Source: Bdellovibrionales bacterium
GTDB taxonomy: Bacteria > Bdellovibrionota > Bdellovibrionia > Bdellovibrionales > Bdellovibrionaceae
Direction of reading: 5' to 3'
Length of the DNA: 58,816 nucleotides
Assembly: GCA_031370005.1 (NCBI GenBank)
Contig: JANMPT010000112.1
Location: 1-58,816, forward strand
A model generated the notes under the pieces. That model did not search any database, was not told the DNA's origin, and saw nothing but the letters and a program-made list of their open reading frames with translations. Position 1 is the stretch's first letter. Every line of letters begins with the position of its first letter. Both the position numbers and the translations under genes were made by a program. Below, one piece after another: positions 49,601 to 58,557 of the stretch.

Positions 49601-49788
49601 CCGGCACGAGCGGGCACTTTGTATGTATGCATAGGATCTAAATCAATGACTTGTGCGGTCCCGTCGTTGTTCAAAGCCCATTGCAGTTGTGCAAACAGAT
49701 CCGACGCAGCAACGGCATAAACACCGATAAGATTTAGCAAGAGGAGAAGAATGATATATCTTCTTAAATTGCGAAGTGAGTTTTTCAT
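46699..49788 (-). CDS. S8 subtilisin-like serine protease with long C-terminal extension
   Basis: Triad motifs VAVLDTG, HGTHVAG, GTSQATP; oxyanion ASGND; signal peptide. Confidence 0.95.
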   Translation of the reverse strand: MKNSLRNLRRYIILLLLLNLIGVYAVAASDLFAQLQWALNNDGTAQVIDLDPMHTYKVPARAGEDVHLPTAIQATKKILVAVLDTGIQKDHPDLKNIIHRNPTECAALEKFLACLKDKDRSECEKKWMDLKNPEVDQDHNGYPLDCQGWSLLGGKNAANIMGRPDFSDDQGHGTHVAGIIAAIANNGIGVRGISNNVEILPVQVLGVQPSEPIKPYSIDISPVEDQRNPPHTLGDSVARGVMYAIHSGAQVISFSMGWPAGQDSQLMRDTIMEAQHRGIIIVAASGNDSTRALLRPCTYPGVICVGATGPDGALASFSNYGSGVEIAAPGVNILSTYPESIRPVRFRSTLGFEYLSGTSQATPFVAGAVAELLARGIPTSEIFPRLVLGSRALQPNLNLIENMISNGSQKPEINTQATPKYLLAGQLDVKNALAVSPQALIIPATKEKIEVQWDRQSSNIDIEVSLVNKWQAVDSTKIQTQFYFSKPHKEAIRPAVLAVNPLKKYPTTWAQNEVRTYVIRLQTAARMPGELDLIGQVTLPNGSQRRFIIDVDVTVPVSPNMQDASVQVLPINGLPEGRLSFIPIDENLDAQPQSRDYIAYTENAATRKLWLVRQENNQYQVRGGTEIELEGDTDNLREQITARLDWNLDGKSEYVLGYLDENQDDATKTNMQFFIFDQDLRLIKKFKYTSDKALIPYQVYWHTSHGKKFPAWVGGGKDPQKKIGLKERWENPELHEANETRFYYLENESTLRSLSEYQGYKFVDVLEPRADQVQRGAIPVLLAKNEGTQAKTSYLYKFAVAEVIDGNVQNLTEIQTFGDTKNYRNIFETRVDRVFSTNTDNRVYAGNFWFGEGLLRSQRLTIFDNTNMDVVDSSLQAQNTQTDSALWVRAAFSGDERRGAFVLTNSEIQYHDLDHHQIASHSMERYTFYPDMLMTNLYFPLTIGDSKSPTTRLPAIFTTESSGLNRGVKMLVPVFAEDSNVIEVVSPARLRFSSVGCQPMETPVFVGGTIGHALDYYCKNTILRIPLSY

Positions 49789-52700
49789 CGGAAACCCGCT
49801 TGTGACTTATCAAGTTCAATTGGTGAAATTCTCGTTTTATTTGCGAACATGGAAATTAAACCGTTTGCATATTCGATATTCGTTTTTGGATTTCCCAAGC
49901 TGTTTGAGAAATACTCAAGGTCTCCGTCCTCGTCCCCTTCTCGGAAGCCATTGATGCGAATCACAAATACATAGTTTTCTTCACCCAAGTACTTCAAAAG
50001 AAGCGGCAATGGAATCTGCTCATCAAGTATGTAAAGAACTTCTGTCGTCCAACGAACCTGATTCGCCTTTTCTTTTGGATATTTTCGAGCCAGGTCTAAA
50101 AGCTTTATTGTCCAGGCATCGAGGCACTCATAGTTAGTGCCATTCCACCAAATGCCCGTATCAACCAAGCCCTCGTTATTTTTGCCCTGAGAGACATTGG
50201 CTTTACATTCCCGGTTGTAGGAATCAAGCCCTTGTGCCTTGTCGCCGTTGCCAAGGATCACCATAAGGTCTGCAAAGAGTTCTTTATCCCCAGGACGCGC
50301 TTTATGACCAATCTTTTCACTTAGCTTTTGAAAAATCCGACCAATGAATTTTGCCTTTGGGACAGGCTTGTTCGCGGCGGCTGGCTGAATCAGCAGGTCG
50401 CGAATTTTATTAAGACCATCCGGCAGCACCGATAGTTGAGCTGTAATGCGATAAAAGTTGATCGCTGTTGTGTTCGCAAAGGCCTCTGGCTCAATCAAAC
50501 GGTAACTAGAAAGTGGTGTGTCCTTAAACTGCTGTTGGATTTCTTCAATGAGTTTAAGGAATTTTTTTGAGTTCAGATGCCAACCGCCCCAAACGTGTTG
50601 CAGAATCGCAACATTCGGATACTGCGTTTGACCATGCTGGCTCAAGTCGGCCTCAGTATTAACGATTCTCCAATAGGCTTTTCCGAATGAAGTATTGGCT
50701 GGATTTGGATCATCAGTGCCTGCTAAGTCAAACCTAGAATTGCTGAATTTTTTATTGATGATGGCGGTGATCCAATCGGTGGCAAAGCCCAAGAGATCCA
50801 TTCCCACAAGCTTTCCGCGCTTATTTGAAAGCAGAATGACTTCCTCATTTTTTGGGCTTAACTCAGGGGCGTCTGGGCTTGCTGGATAAAGAATTTTTAA
50901 CAAATGATCTTCATTAAATGAATCCATGCGCATTGCTAAGAATTTGCAGCGAACTTCTTTGGTTTTAAGTTGGTGGGCAATCTCGAACTTTTTGTATTTG
51001 AAACGAGCATATAAAAGCTCTGTGTCGTTACCACGAAAGAGCCCGATCAGGGCCGGGCGAAGGTTTTCCCTTGTCTGCGCAAAGTCTTTTGCGAATTTTT
51101 GATCAGAGCCGTTATCGACGTAGTCCCCTAATGCCGGGTTGTAGTCAATGACGAAGGCATCTGTATGAAGTTCTCCGATATTGGTGCTGGCGCGAATATT
51201 CATAATATTGATAAAGTAGTTCGCATCCAAAGTGAGACCAAAGATTTTATTGTTTTGCTCGCGAATAAAAACCTGAATGCCATTTGGGGTACGCATGAAG
51301 CTTGTTTGACGAAGAATTACCCTTGCACCGTCAGCGCCAATGCCGACTGTGTTTATGAAACTCAGTGGCGTGATTCCCAAGAGAACGTCAATGGAAGAGT
51401 TTATTTGTGCGTAGCTAGCCAGAGTTACAGAGTCTGTCACTGTGAAGACCTCACCGTCGCGGAGGTCTGATAGCATTGCGTCCACGGAGTATTTGCCGTC
51501 AGCAGTTTTTTCTTTCTCAAGGACATTGGTTAGGTTTTTCATGAATTTCGGAATGACCAAGTCCTTCCAAGAAACTTTTGTGGCCTCAGTGATCGAAAGC
51601 AAAGGACGTACGTGAGTATAGTCCCTTTGAATCATAATATTTGCCCCACCCATTGGCGTGATGTTCGGGACACCATCAAGAGCTAAAAAGAAACCAAGGC
51701 GAGCCGCTACAGAAACGTTATCCACCAGTTGAATTGCAGCGGAGCTTCCATAGTAGGTGCCAGTAGTCACATTGCGAGTAGCTGCTAAGTTAAAGCCACC
51801 CACAGGACCGCCCCAGGCTTCGACATTTTGATAGAGCGGTTGATCAGGATGTTTGCTGATGTGATCAATGATTTTGTTTTGAATATCCGTTCGGCGGGTG
51901 TTCGCGAGGTCCCCCACGCTTAAGAGATCCAATTTTCCATTAATATGATTCATTGCTGTTGAGATCGCTGCCGTGCGGCCGCGGATTCCCAAGTAGCGCT
52001 CGAAGTCTCCATCCTTGAATGGGCTTTCGCGGTCACCGTGAGCAAATCGTTGTGGATAGCCTGGCACCATTTCTTGAGTTACTTTGCCGTCCCTCACGAG
52101 CCCAGATGGTGAGTTGATTTTCAGGCTCGGTAATTTCCAAGGTTTAGAAAGTCCGAAAAGCTCCATGGCATTGTTGGCGCGATAAAGAAGTTTTGCATAA
52201 ATGAGCTGCTCAAGCTCTGGAGGGAAGGCTCCTGCTTTTACGATTTCCATGAAGTCTTGTTCAGACAATTGATTTAATCGGCGAAGCAACCATTTTGCAT
52301 CCTCATAGGTGCAAGCAGTGAAAGATTCGGCAGAAGGGTGAGTGATTACAATGTGGCTAGAAAGGATCGAGGCATATTTAGCCGAGAAACGATTTACGCT
52401 TTCTGGAATATCAACGAGAGAGAAGGGGACAATCAGGGAGCGATAGGCGCGATAACGAGAGAATTTTTGCACTACCGAAACTTGGGCTGGATCATTTGGG
52501 TCTGGAGCATAGCCCCATTGAATATCGAAGTAATCACTTGTTGCCGGTTCTAGTACGGCATCTGAGAAAACCAAGGAGTGATTTTGGGTATTATTTTCAA
52601 TAACCCATCCACGACTTTCAAAGTCCGAAATCATAGTCTCTTGAGCCAATTTCAAAAAATCAGACTTCTCATCTTCAGTTTTGAAGAAAATACGCAAATT

Positions 52701-53135
52701 TTTGGAATACTGAGGCGTAGGGACAAAATAGCCTAGTTTTTTCAAAAGGGCGGCACGCATCAGGGTCGTATGAGTCATGCGACTGAGGCTTAAACGGTAA
52801 AAGATCTCTGGATTTGATCCAGATTGAACTCGCGCCATATAGGTGAAGGGGAGTTGTGCTTCTGAGGATTGGTAAAGTACTTGAGTTTCATGAGGTTGGG
52901 TGGCGTCGGCAGTGGGATACTTCTGATTTTGCCACATTTTATTTTCTTGGGGATTTAACAGACTGAGATCGAAACCTTGTGAGGCAAGGCTTGCTGCTTG
53001 GCCGACATCAAGGACCGCGCCATTTGAAATAAGGTCAGAAGCAGGCTTTTTAACAACTTTGAGGGGGATGGAGATGCTCTCTGCCTGAGCTTGCGTGCCG
53101 AGAAGAAATGCTAAAAGGACAAAAAAACTTCTCAT
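49785..53135 (-). CDS. Large secreted hypothetical protein (~1116 aa)
   Basis: Long ORF with signal peptide MRSFFVLLAFLLGTQAQA from the ATG at 53135; GAGGGG RBS; ATGA overlap with the S8 gene. Confidence 0.88.
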   Translation of the reverse strand: MRSFFVLLAFLLGTQAQAESISIPLKVVKKPASDLISNGAVLDVGQAASLASQGFDLSLLNPQENKMWQNQKYPTADATQPHETQVLYQSSEAQLPFTYMARVQSGSNPEIFYRLSLSRMTHTTLMRAALLKKLGYFVPTPQYSKNLRIFFKTEDEKSDFLKLAQETMISDFESRGWVIENNTQNHSLVFSDAVLEPATSDYFDIQWGYAPDPNDPAQVSVVQKFSRYRAYRSLIVPFSLVDIPESVNRFSAKYASILSSHIVITHPSAESFTACTYEDAKWLLRRLNQLSEQDFMEIVKAGAFPPELEQLIYAKLLYRANNAMELFGLSKPWKLPSLKINSPSGLVRDGKVTQEMVPGYPQRFAHGDRESPFKDGDFERYLGIRGRTAAISTAMNHINGKLDLLSVGDLANTRRTDIQNKIIDHISKHPDQPLYQNVEAWGGPVGGFNLAATRNVTTGTYYGSSAAIQLVDNVSVAARLGFFLALDGVPNITPMGGANIMIQRDYTHVRPLLSITEATKVSWKDLVIPKFMKNLTNVLEKEKTADGKYSVDAMLSDLRDGEVFTVTDSVTLASYAQINSSIDVLLGITPLSFINTVGIGADGARVILRQTSFMRTPNGIQVFIREQNNKIFGLTLDANYFINIMNIRASTNIGELHTDAFVIDYNPALGDYVDNGSDQKFAKDFAQTRENLRPALIGLFRGNDTELLYARFKYKKFEIAHQLKTKEVRCKFLAMRMDSFNEDHLLKILYPASPDAPELSPKNEEVILLSNKRGKLVGMDLLGFATDWITAIINKKFSNSRFDLAGTDDPNPANTSFGKAYWRIVNTEADLSQHGQTQYPNVAILQHVWGGWHLNSKKFLKLIEEIQQQFKDTPLSSYRLIEPEAFANTTAINFYRITAQLSVLPDGLNKIRDLLIQPAAANKPVPKAKFIGRIFQKLSEKIGHKARPGDKELFADLMVILGNGDKAQGLDSYNRECKANVSQGKNNEGLVDTGIWWNGTNYECLDAWTIKLLDLARKYPKEKANQVRWTTEVLYILDEQIPLPLLLKYLGEENYVFVIRINGFREGDEDGDLEYFSNSLGNPKTNIEYANGLISMFANKTRISPIELDKSQAGFR

Positions 53136-53212
53136 GGTGTTCACTATTCCCCTCCAGAGTGGTGTCATTATGGCCTTTGTCCTGATCTGTATCTCGTCGC
53201 ACAAGGGGTCAT

Positions 53213-53228
53213 AGCAAGCTCTGTGCCT
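53213..53228 (-). promoter_or_regulatory. Putative sigma54 (-24/-12) promoter
   Basis: Minus strand AGGCAC-agagc-TTGCT, a near-consensus TGGCAC-N5-TTGCW about 80 bp upstream of the 53135 ATG. Confidence 0.7.
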
Positions 53229-53289
53229 GATGTGTATAAGTTATTTCAGCTCTTGACCAAGAGGGAACTTTAGATTTTTCTGAGGGGCT

Positions 53290-53988
53290 GTGATGGATGC
53301 TCGTAAGAAGAATTTTCAATCCTCCGTAGATTTTCCAGATCCCCGTGAGGCCTTGGCAGAAGGTGTTCTTGCCGTTGGTGGGCTATTGGACGTGGGCACG
53401 CTTTATACTGCCTACAGCATGGGGGTTTTTCCATGGCCTCACCCTGATTATCCGCTTTTGTGGTTTTCTCCGGAAAAAAGAGGTGTCATTGAGTTTATAG
53501 ATATGCATCTGCCCCGCAGTTTTGAAAAATTTCTGCGTCAGCATGAAGGTGAATTTCAAATCACCATGGATCAGGCGTTTTCCCAGGTCATAAGAGAGTG
53601 TTCAAAACAAGCTCGCCCAGGCCAAGAGGGCACCTGGATTTTGCCGGCCATGTTGAAGTCTTATATTGATTTTCACAAAAGTGGCTATGCGCATAGTATT
53701 GAGGTGTGGCACCAGCGCCAATTGGTGGGTGGTATTTACGGTGTTTTTGTAAAAGGTGTGTTCAGTGGGGAAAGTATGTTCTATAAGACTCCGAATGCTT
53801 CAAAACTTGCGCTTTATCATTTAATTCAGATTTTAAAGTCTTGGGAACTTGAGTGGATGGATATTCAGATGGTGACTCCGGTCACAGAATCATTTGGTGG
53901 AAAATATCTCGAGCGCGAAGACTTTTTGCAAAAACTTAAACGTACCCAGGATGAGAATGAGAGTTCGGTGTTTCCATGGCTTTGTTAA
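53290..53988 (+). CDS. aat: Leucyl/phenylalanyl-tRNA--protein transferase
   Basis: AYSMGVFPW, WFSPEKR, GTWI, AHSIEVW, FSGESMF, ASKLAL. Confidence 0.96.
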   Translation: MMDARKKNFQSSVDFPDPREALAEGVLAVGGLLDVGTLYTAYSMGVFPWPHPDYPLLWFSPEKRGVIEFIDMHLPRSFEKFLRQHEGEFQITMDQAFSQVIRECSKQARPGQEGTWILPAMLKSYIDFHKSGYAHSIEVWHQRQLVGGIYGVFVKGVFSGESMFYKTPNASKLALYHLIQILKSWELEWMDIQMVTPVTESFGGKYLEREDFLQKLKRTQDENESSVFPWLC

Positions 53989-55784
53989 TTAGTACTTATC
54001 AACTTGAAAAATCATTTGCCGGGAAAGTTCTTTTTTCGGGTGTCAGTCTGGGGGTTGAGGACGGCGATAAGATCGGCCTCTTGGGCCCAAATGGCGCGGG
54101 TAAAACGACATTGCTGAAAATTCTGGCTGGAGTAAGCACTGCTGACGGCGGCAAAGTAACTCCTAAAAAAGGACTTCGCCTAGGGTATCTGCCGCAGACG
54201 CCTGTATTTGCTGCAAAGGAGACCATTCTGCAGGCTCTTTTGAGTCGGGCTCATGATCCCGACGAAGCATTGGGGCTTGCCTATGAATGGTTTGCACGCT
54301 TGGAGCTTTCTCAATTTGGCGAAGATTTTTTGGTCTCTGAGCTCAGTGGAGGCTGGCAAAAAAGAGTCGCCTTGGCCCGGGAACTAGTTTTAGAGCCAGA
54401 GTTGCTATTATTGGATGAGCCAACGAATCATCTGGATGTTGTTAGTATCCTATGGCTTGAGGAATTTTTGCAGCGAGCTCCCTTTGCCTTTTTGATGGTG
54501 ACCCATGACCGCTTGTTTTTACAGCGCGTGGTGAATAAGGTTTTTGATCTTGATCCGCGCAATCCGAATAATTTACTCGCGGTGAACGGGGACTATGTTC
54601 AGTATGTCGAGGCCAAAGAGCAGTTGTTGGCATCACAACAAAAATTGGAAACGGTTCTTAAGAACACACTTCGCAGAGAGACCGAGTGGCTTCGGCGGGG
54701 CGCTAAGGCCCGATTAACTAAGCAAAAAGCGCGGATTGATCGCGCTGGGGATCTTAAGGGTGATGTCGAGAATCTTTCAGATAAAAATCGCAAACGGGTT
54801 GCCGGGATTTCCTTTGGCGATGCGGAAAGAAATCCGCAAAAATTAATTGAGCTAAAAAATGTTTCAAAAAGTTTTGGCGATCGCCATCTTATCCAAGATT
54901 TTAGCTTTTTGATTACGCCCAAAACACGCTTAGCTCTTCTTGGTGAAAACGGAAGCGGCAAGAGCACTTTGATTAGAATGCTTCTGGGACTAGAACAACC
55001 AGACCAGGGCAGTGTGTTTTTATCTGACAAAGTGAAAGTTGCTTACTTCGAACAAAACCGTGAAGGTTTGGATCTGCAAAAAAGTGTTTTAAAAAATATA
55101 TGCTCAGATGGCGATTATGTCTCGTTTCAGGGGCAATATGTATTTGCCAGAAGCTATCTGGAACGTTTTTTATTTTCACGACAGCAAATGGATCTCCCGG
55201 CAGGCAGACTTTCTGGAGGCGAGCAGAGCCGTTTGAGACTGGCTCAGCTGATGTTGCAAGATGCCTCGGTTTTGATTCTTGATGAGCCAACCAATGACTT
55301 GGACGTAGCGACGCTGGAGGTTTTGGGGGATGCTATTCAAAATTTTAATGGTGCCGTGATTATCGTAACCCATGATCGTTATTTTATGGATCAAGTGGCC
55401 ACTGATATTCTCAGTTTCCCTCGCCGCGATAATCCTAGAAAAAAGCTTGAAAATTTTGTGGGCTATCTTCAATGGGAAGAAGCCTGGTTTGCCCAGGATC
55501 AAGAGGCGGCAGCAGCTATGACAGAGGTTGTTGTAGCAAAACCAATGGTAAAAGCTGCGCGAATGTCTTTTAAGCACAAGAATGAACTTGAGGGGATGGA
55601 GCCAAAGATTCTTATTATGGAAGATGAACTGGCAAAAGCTCAAGAAGAAGCGGGCTCTCCTGAGGTCGTCAGTAGGGCCGGGCGTGTTCAAGAACTCCAC
55701 GGGAAAATTGCCAAACTGCAAACTGATATTGAGGCCTCCTATGCTCGTTGGGCCGAACTTGAGAAAATGGCAAAGGGCGAATAA
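53976..55784 (+). CDS. uup: ABC-F ATPase (Uup-like)
   Basis: Two NBDs (GPNGAGKT, GENGSGKS), EWLRRGAKAR linker, C-terminal RWAELE. Confidence 0.9.
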   Translation: MALLISTYQLEKSFAGKVLFSGVSLGVEDGDKIGLLGPNGAGKTTLLKILAGVSTADGGKVTPKKGLRLGYLPQTPVFAAKETILQALLSRAHDPDEALGLAYEWFARLELSQFGEDFLVSELSGGWQKRVALARELVLEPELLLLDEPTNHLDVVSILWLEEFLQRAPFAFLMVTHDRLFLQRVVNKVFDLDPRNPNNLLAVNGDYVQYVEAKEQLLASQQKLETVLKNTLRRETEWLRRGAKARLTKQKARIDRAGDLKGDVENLSDKNRKRVAGISFGDAERNPQKLIELKNVSKSFGDRHLIQDFSFLITPKTRLALLGENGSGKSTLIRMLLGLEQPDQGSVFLSDKVKVAYFEQNREGLDLQKSVLKNICSDGDYVSFQGQYVFARSYLERFLFSRQQMDLPAGRLSGGEQSRLRLAQLMLQDASVLILDEPTNDLDVATLEVLGDAIQNFNGAVIIVTHDRYFMDQVATDILSFPRRDNPRKKLENFVGYLQWEEAWFAQDQEAAAAMTEVVVAKPMVKAARMSFKHKNELEGMEPKILIMEDELAKAQEEAGSPEVVSRAGRVQELHGKIAKLQTDIEASYARWAELEKMAKGE

Positions 55785-55787
55785 GAA

Positions 55788-56978
55788 GTGGAATCCTCAG
55801 ACCCTAAAAACAAGGTTCTTAATCCCACCGTTGTAAAACTTGGCATTGTTTCGTTCTTTGCTGACGTAGCTAGCGAAATGCTTTATCCAATCACTCCTAT
55901 TTTTTTAACGACGGTGCTAGGAGCGTCTATGACGTCCTTGGGAGTTGTCGAGGGAGTCGCTGAGGCGATTTCAAGTCTTCTTAAAACCTACTCTGGAAAT
56001 TGGTCAGACAGAATCTCAAGAAGAAAGCCATTTGTGATCACTGGATATTTACTTTCAGCTCTTTCAAAGCCCTTGATTGGATTTGCCGGAAGTTGGGGTG
56101 ATGTACTTATTGCTCGCGGATTGGACCGTACAGGAAAAGGTATTCGCTCGGCTCCTCGAGATGCCCTTCTGGCTGAAGCAGTTTCCTCAAAGTTAATTGG
56201 TGCGGCTTTCGGATGGCATCGTGCTATGGACACGCTCGGAGCAGCCCTTGGACCATTGCTTGCTATTTATCTTTTATCAGTGAATTCGGAAAATCTGAGA
56301 GTCCTTTATTACTGGGCATTGGTCCCAGGGCTTCTTTCAGTTTTGTTTCTTCTGACCATTCGTGAGCGACCACATTATCCCAGCAAGAAACAGTGGAAAA
56401 ATCCATTTTCAAGCTGGAGAGACATGACACCGTCTTTCAAAAAATACGTCTCTGCTTGGGGAGTTTTTTCGTTAACGAACTCAAGCGATGTTTTTCTTTT
56501 GATGAAAGCAAAAAGTAGTGGCCTATCGACGACCGCAGTAATTCTTATTTATTGTGCTTATAATCTGATTTATGCTTTTTCCAGCCCATGGCTAGGAGGC
56601 CTATCTGATAGAATCAGTCGGCAAAAGGTTTTAACAGGTGGCTTGGTGGTTTTTGCGGCTGTTTATTGTGGTTTTGGTTTTGCCACGGAGGCTTGGCAAA
56701 TCTGGGGTTTATTTTTGACATATGGGCTTTATATGGGCGCCACTGACGGAGTCGGAAAGGCACTAGCAGTTGATCTTGCGCCGAAAGACCTTAAGGGCAC
56801 GTCTATTGGAATTTTAGGAACAGTTACGGGAGTATCCACGGTGATTGCCAGTGTAGTGGCCGGACTCATCTGGGATCATGTGGGTCCCTCATGGACTTTC
56901 TTTTTTGGGGCAGCCGGGGCATTGCTCGCGGCTGCGCTTTTAATGGTTTTTACCCCAAATAAAATTTTGAAACTTTAG
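55788..56978 (+). CDS. MFS transporter
   Basis: SFFADVASEM, SDRISRRKP, DRTGKGIRSAPRDAL; about 12 TM segments. Confidence 0.92.
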   Translation: MESSDPKNKVLNPTVVKLGIVSFFADVASEMLYPITPIFLTTVLGASMTSLGVVEGVAEAISSLLKTYSGNWSDRISRRKPFVITGYLLSALSKPLIGFAGSWGDVLIARGLDRTGKGIRSAPRDALLAEAVSSKLIGAAFGWHRAMDTLGAALGPLLAIYLLSVNSENLRVLYYWALVPGLLSVLFLLTIRERPHYPSKKQWKNPFSSWRDMTPSFKKYVSAWGVFSLTNSSDVFLLMKAKSSGLSTTAVILIYCAYNLIYAFSSPWLGGLSDRISRQKVLTGGLVVFAAVYCGFGFATEAWQIWGLFLTYGLYMGATDGVGKALAVDLAPKDLKGTSIGILGTVTGVSTVIASVVAGLIWDHVGPSWTFFFGAAGALLAAALLMVFTPNKILKL

Positions 56979-58354
56979 TGGGTTATTTTTAACTTCACAA
57001 GAGTATTGGAGCTGATTCCCGACACCAAAGATGAGCCAACAATAACTACCTCGTCACTTGAATTGATCATCATATCACCTAACTCATCGGTTTCTAAAGT
57101 TCCGCCGACATCAATTGTATATTGACCTGAGGAGTTCACAAAATTATTAACCTTTTGCCCGTTTGGTGTAAGCAGTACAAATGCAAGGTCCTGGTTGCCA
57201 TTGATATCACTTGTCCCGCCAATTAAGATTTCCCCAGAGCTCAGGTAAGCCATTTTTTTTGCAGCATCGTTGCTGCCGCCGAAATCATATTGAAACTTTC
57301 CACCTGTCCCAAAACTCGTATCCAAGTTTCCGTCTGGATTCAGCCGAAGGACTAAAAAATCATTATTGCTTCCGTTATTTATCGTTCCAATAATGTAAAT
57401 TCTTTGACTTGCATCAACATATATCGCACCAATACTGCTGTTAGAGTCCGAAGTAAAATACCCATTCCGGCCAAAGCTTGTATCTGTCGACCCATTAGAG
57501 AGTAAACGCGTGACGTAAACGGCAGTCTTGGAGCCGTTTACATAGTTTCCGGCGGCAAGAATTTTTTCGGCGGAGCCTCCCAAATTTTGAATTGCAATAT
57601 TGCTGCAGCCGTCGTCATTGCTTACGCCGACAACCATTCGAGAAACATCCAAAGTTAATTTTCCCGTTCCATTAAAGCTTGTGTCCAGAGCTCCGGCCGT
57701 CGATAGGCGGGCAATTACGGTGTCGCCCGAGCCTGACCCGGAAGAGTGGCCGCAGGCCACATATTTGCCGTCGCCTTGGATGGCGATTTGACTGCCACTG
57801 CTGCCAACCTCATCGCCACCAAAGTCGACTTGTAGTTTGCCATCTACGCCAAAGGTCAAATCGTAAGAGCCATTGCTGTTGAGACGAGCAAAGCCCAAGT
57901 CATCATTCCAAAGTGGTGATTTATTGTTTGAGTCTCCAAACAAAATCATTTTACCATCTGGTTGAATTTTCATAGCGTATCCGAAATCATAATAAATGAA
58001 ATCGGGGGTGTTCTCAATAGTGATTAAAAGGTAACCGGGTCCGGCTGTTCCAAAGGAATTGTCGACGGTTCCATCGGTATTATAGCGGATCAGAAGAAAT
58101 TTAGCTTGTCCTGCATTGTATAAAACGCTGCCGGTGCTGAGATACTTGCCATCAGCCTGTTGGGCCAAGCTATAGGATTTTTCATTGTAAGTTCCACCAT
58201 TGAAATTGGTGATCGTTTTCCCATAGGTGGCTCCAAAAGAAGGGTCCGGCAGAACCTTAATATATAAGGAGCTGCTTTTTGAAAGATCAACAATGCTTGA
58301 ACTGAGAGAGCAAGCTGTTAAAAACAGGAGTGATAAAAAATGGAGTTTTTTCAT
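56975..58354 (-). CDS. Delta-60 repeat lipoprotein
   Basis: Lipobox LTAC; repeated RY/RL-NxDG-xLDxSFG and QxDGK units. Confidence 0.88.
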   Translation of the reverse strand: MKKLHFLSLLFLTACSLSSSIVDLSKSSSLYIKVLPDPSFGATYGKTITNFNGGTYNEKSYSLAQQADGKYLSTGSVLYNAGQAKFLLIRYNTDGTVDNSFGTAGPGYLLITIENTPDFIYYDFGYAMKIQPDGKMILFGDSNNKSPLWNDDLGFARLNSNGSYDLTFGVDGKLQVDFGGDEVGSSGSQIAIQGDGKYVACGHSSGSGSGDTVIARLSTAGALDTSFNGTGKLTLDVSRMVVGVSNDDGCSNIAIQNLGGSAEKILAAGNYVNGSKTAVYVTRLLSNGSTDTSFGRNGYFTSDSNSSIGAIYVDASQRIYIIGTINNGSNNDFLVLRLNPDGNLDTSFGTGGKFQYDFGGSNDAAKKMAYLSSGEILIGGTSDINGNQDLAFVLLTPNGQKVNNFVNSSGQYTIDVGGTLETDELGDMMINSSDEVVIVGSSLVSGISSNTLVKLKITH

Positions 58355-58557
58355 ACTTTCCTCCTTGGTACCTATAAGTCTTTTCGGAGGATTTCAGAGG
58401 ATTCTAGAGTGGTTTTAAACAAATAAAGAAAGAATATTAAAAATAGAAGACTGATTCGTGGATTCTTGTTTTTAGACGTTTCATTCCGGATCATCTATAA
58501 AATATCGGTTGACGTATGATTTTAAGCGATACTCAATTGAACTTTCCGCCAAGGCCC

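Noticed and set aside
15926..53204. Extended N-termini in the ORF track (15926, 12026-type cases, 25315, 36758, 37938, 53204)
   Set aside because: Downstream starts fit RBS position, signal peptides or family N-termini better.
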